Origin: Hemiscyllium ocellatum
Taxonomy: Eukaryota
DNA length: 64,000 nucleotides
Assembly (NCBI RefSeq): GCF_020745735.1
Contig: NW_026867458.1
Span: 1 to 64,000 of the forward strand
Reading direction: 5' to 3'
A program made the translations under genes and the position numbers. Positions 62,101-64,000 of the stretch are shown here, in pieces (within the stretch, counting starts at the first letter, position 1; every line of letters starts with the position of its first letter). The notes under the pieces are model-generated. The model was not told where the DNA came from, did not search any database, and saw nothing but the letters and a program-made list of their open reading frames with translations.

Positions 62101-64000
62101 ACATGAAAATTAACAAAGGCATTTCTGAAATGATTAATTTAGCTAGGAAGAATGTAGAGACCTCACATCTCTGTTTGCATTTCAATATACTATAAATTAC
62201 TTTTCTATTATATCCTAAAATACTCGAGTCTTTGTTCATATTTAATACACTCTATCTTGTTCCGGGGTTAAGATAGTTTCTTTATTTATTTCACTCAAGA
62301 CTGGATGCTGTACTTTTGCCTCAGTATTGACCAAACTCGGTTTGGTGCCAGCTTATATCACTTGAGCTGCTTTTTCAGGAAGTGAATCTCTCCACCTGTT
62401 AAGTCAAAATAATCTGTTCATGCTTAGATTGAAATAAATCCTATTAATATCATCCCAAATTCAGACTCGGTTATTTTGTATTTATTCATTGGAATTGAAC
62501 AGGAATATGACTGGCTGTTCTTGGTGGAGTGGGAGGGGGAGTTAAAGTGTTCAGCCACGGGGCCGTGAGGTTGGTTGGCACGGGTGTCCCAGAGATGTTC
62601 TCTGAAATGATCCGCAAGTTAGTGTCCTGTCTCCCTGATGCAGAGGAGACCACATCGGGTGGAACAGACACAGTGGATGACATTTGTGGAAGTATAGATA
62701 AGTTTCTGTGGGATGTGGAAGGATCATTTGGGGCCTTGTTGGAGGTGAGGGGGAGGTGTGGGCGCAGGTTTTGCACTTCCTGTGGTGACAGGGGAAGGTG
62801 ACAGGGGTGGGGAGTGGGCTGGTGGGGGGCATGGACCTGACGAGGGAGTCGTGGAGGGAATGATGCCTTCGGAATGCAGATAGGTGTAGGGAGGGAAATA
62901 TACCCCGAGTGATGGGGTCTGTTTACAGTGGTGGAAGCAGCAGAGGATGATATGATGTATGCAAGGTTGGTGCGGTGGAAGATGAGGACCAGGAGGGGTC
63001 CCTGTTGCGATTGGAGGGATGGGGTTCAAGGCATCATCGACCACGTGGGAGGGGAAATTGCATTCTTTGATAAAGGATCTGGGATGTTTTATGGTGGAAC
63101 TGGTCCTCCTGGAGCAGATGCGGTGGAGGCAGAGGAATTGAGAATAAAGGATGGCATTTTTACCTGAGGTCGGGTGGGAGGAGGTGTAGTCCAGGTAGCT
63201 GTGGGAGTCAGTGGGCTTGTAGTAAATGTTTAGTTGGTCACTGGAGATAGAGATGGAGAGGTCTAGGAAAGGGAGGGAGGTGTCCGAGATGGTCCCTGTA
63301 AAGTTTAGGTCAGGGTGGAAGGTTTTCGTAAAGTTAATGAACTGTTCAACCTCCTAGTGGTTGCATGAGGTGGCATTGATACAGTCATCAATGTAGCGGT
63401 GGTAAAGGTGGGCAATGATACCGGTGTAGCTGTGGAAGATTGACTGTTCCACATATCTGACGAAGAGGCAGGCATAGCTGGGGTCCATGGCTACCCCTTT
63501 GGTTTGGAGGAAGTGGGAGGATTGAAAGGAAATGTAGTTGAGGTTGAGCATGTACTGCTTGGGTTGGCGTGACAGGAAGAAACTGAGGGCTTCGAGGCCT
63601 CCATCATGGCGTTTGGATGTGTACAGGGCCTGGACATTCTGTTCATTCTGGGGCTTATCAATAGCTTGCAGTTATTATGGAACTGCAAGGGCAGTGGCTG
63701 GGAACTCGGAGAAACCAATGGTTCAGTCTTCTGCTTGAAGCAAATTTTGACCAGAACATTTAAACACCACAACGCTCACTGTAGGAAATGCCAGTGCTGC
63801 AACTTGTAATAATATTTGAAACTTGGTTAAAAATAGGAATTTTTAGTTATAGTTTCTGAAATAATCAAGACAAGAATTAACTGTTAGAACAAGCTCTATC
63901 AAAGAGAGAAGATTTGCAAGGTTTGAAACCACACAGTGCTGTGGTTTATTTGAATTCAATGTTGGTCAGATTTAGATACAGCCAAGGTGATCTCTCCATA
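59058..64000 (-). repeat. Right arm of the inverted segmental duplication (pairs with 43393-48293); continues past the window end
   Basis: Reverse-complement match; the window-terminal sequence matches 43393 onward. Confidence 0.97.
62510..63650 (-). mobile_element. Truncated Penelope-like element, mirror copy of 43745-44880
   Basis: ORF 63354-63551 SHFLQTKGVAMDPSYACLFVRYVEQS...YIDDC. Confidence 0.85.

Overview
Vertebrate genomic DNA, almost certainly from an elasmobranch (shark), based on HE1-type SINEs, dense CR1/L2 and Penelope debris and a shark-type Ig cluster. The only convincing host gene content is an unrearranged IgM-type heavy-chain cluster on the minus strand: leader + VH (56869-56411), D1, D2 and JH, each with readable RSSs in the V23-12D1(22)-12D2(12)-23J arrangement. 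No constant exon was recognised downstream before a 500-N scaffold gap (48294-48793) or in the 48 kb beyond it. The ~5 kb upstream of the VH (59058-64000) is repeated in inverted orientation at 43393-48293, and that copy runs straight into the gap. This suggests either a second, hidden cluster facing this one or an assembly join between paralogs/haplotypes. The rest is repeat-derived: a decayed env-less endogenous retrovirus (~4.7-8.25 kb), many CR1 and L2-like LINE fragments, a Penelope-like element with RT and GIY-YIG domains, several short Penelope-derived insertions with 14-15 bp target-site duplications and hammerhead-ribozyme-like cores, a 6.4 kb 33-bp minisatellite and a 46-bp minisatellite. 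Repeat boundaries and identities were judged by eye and are approximate.
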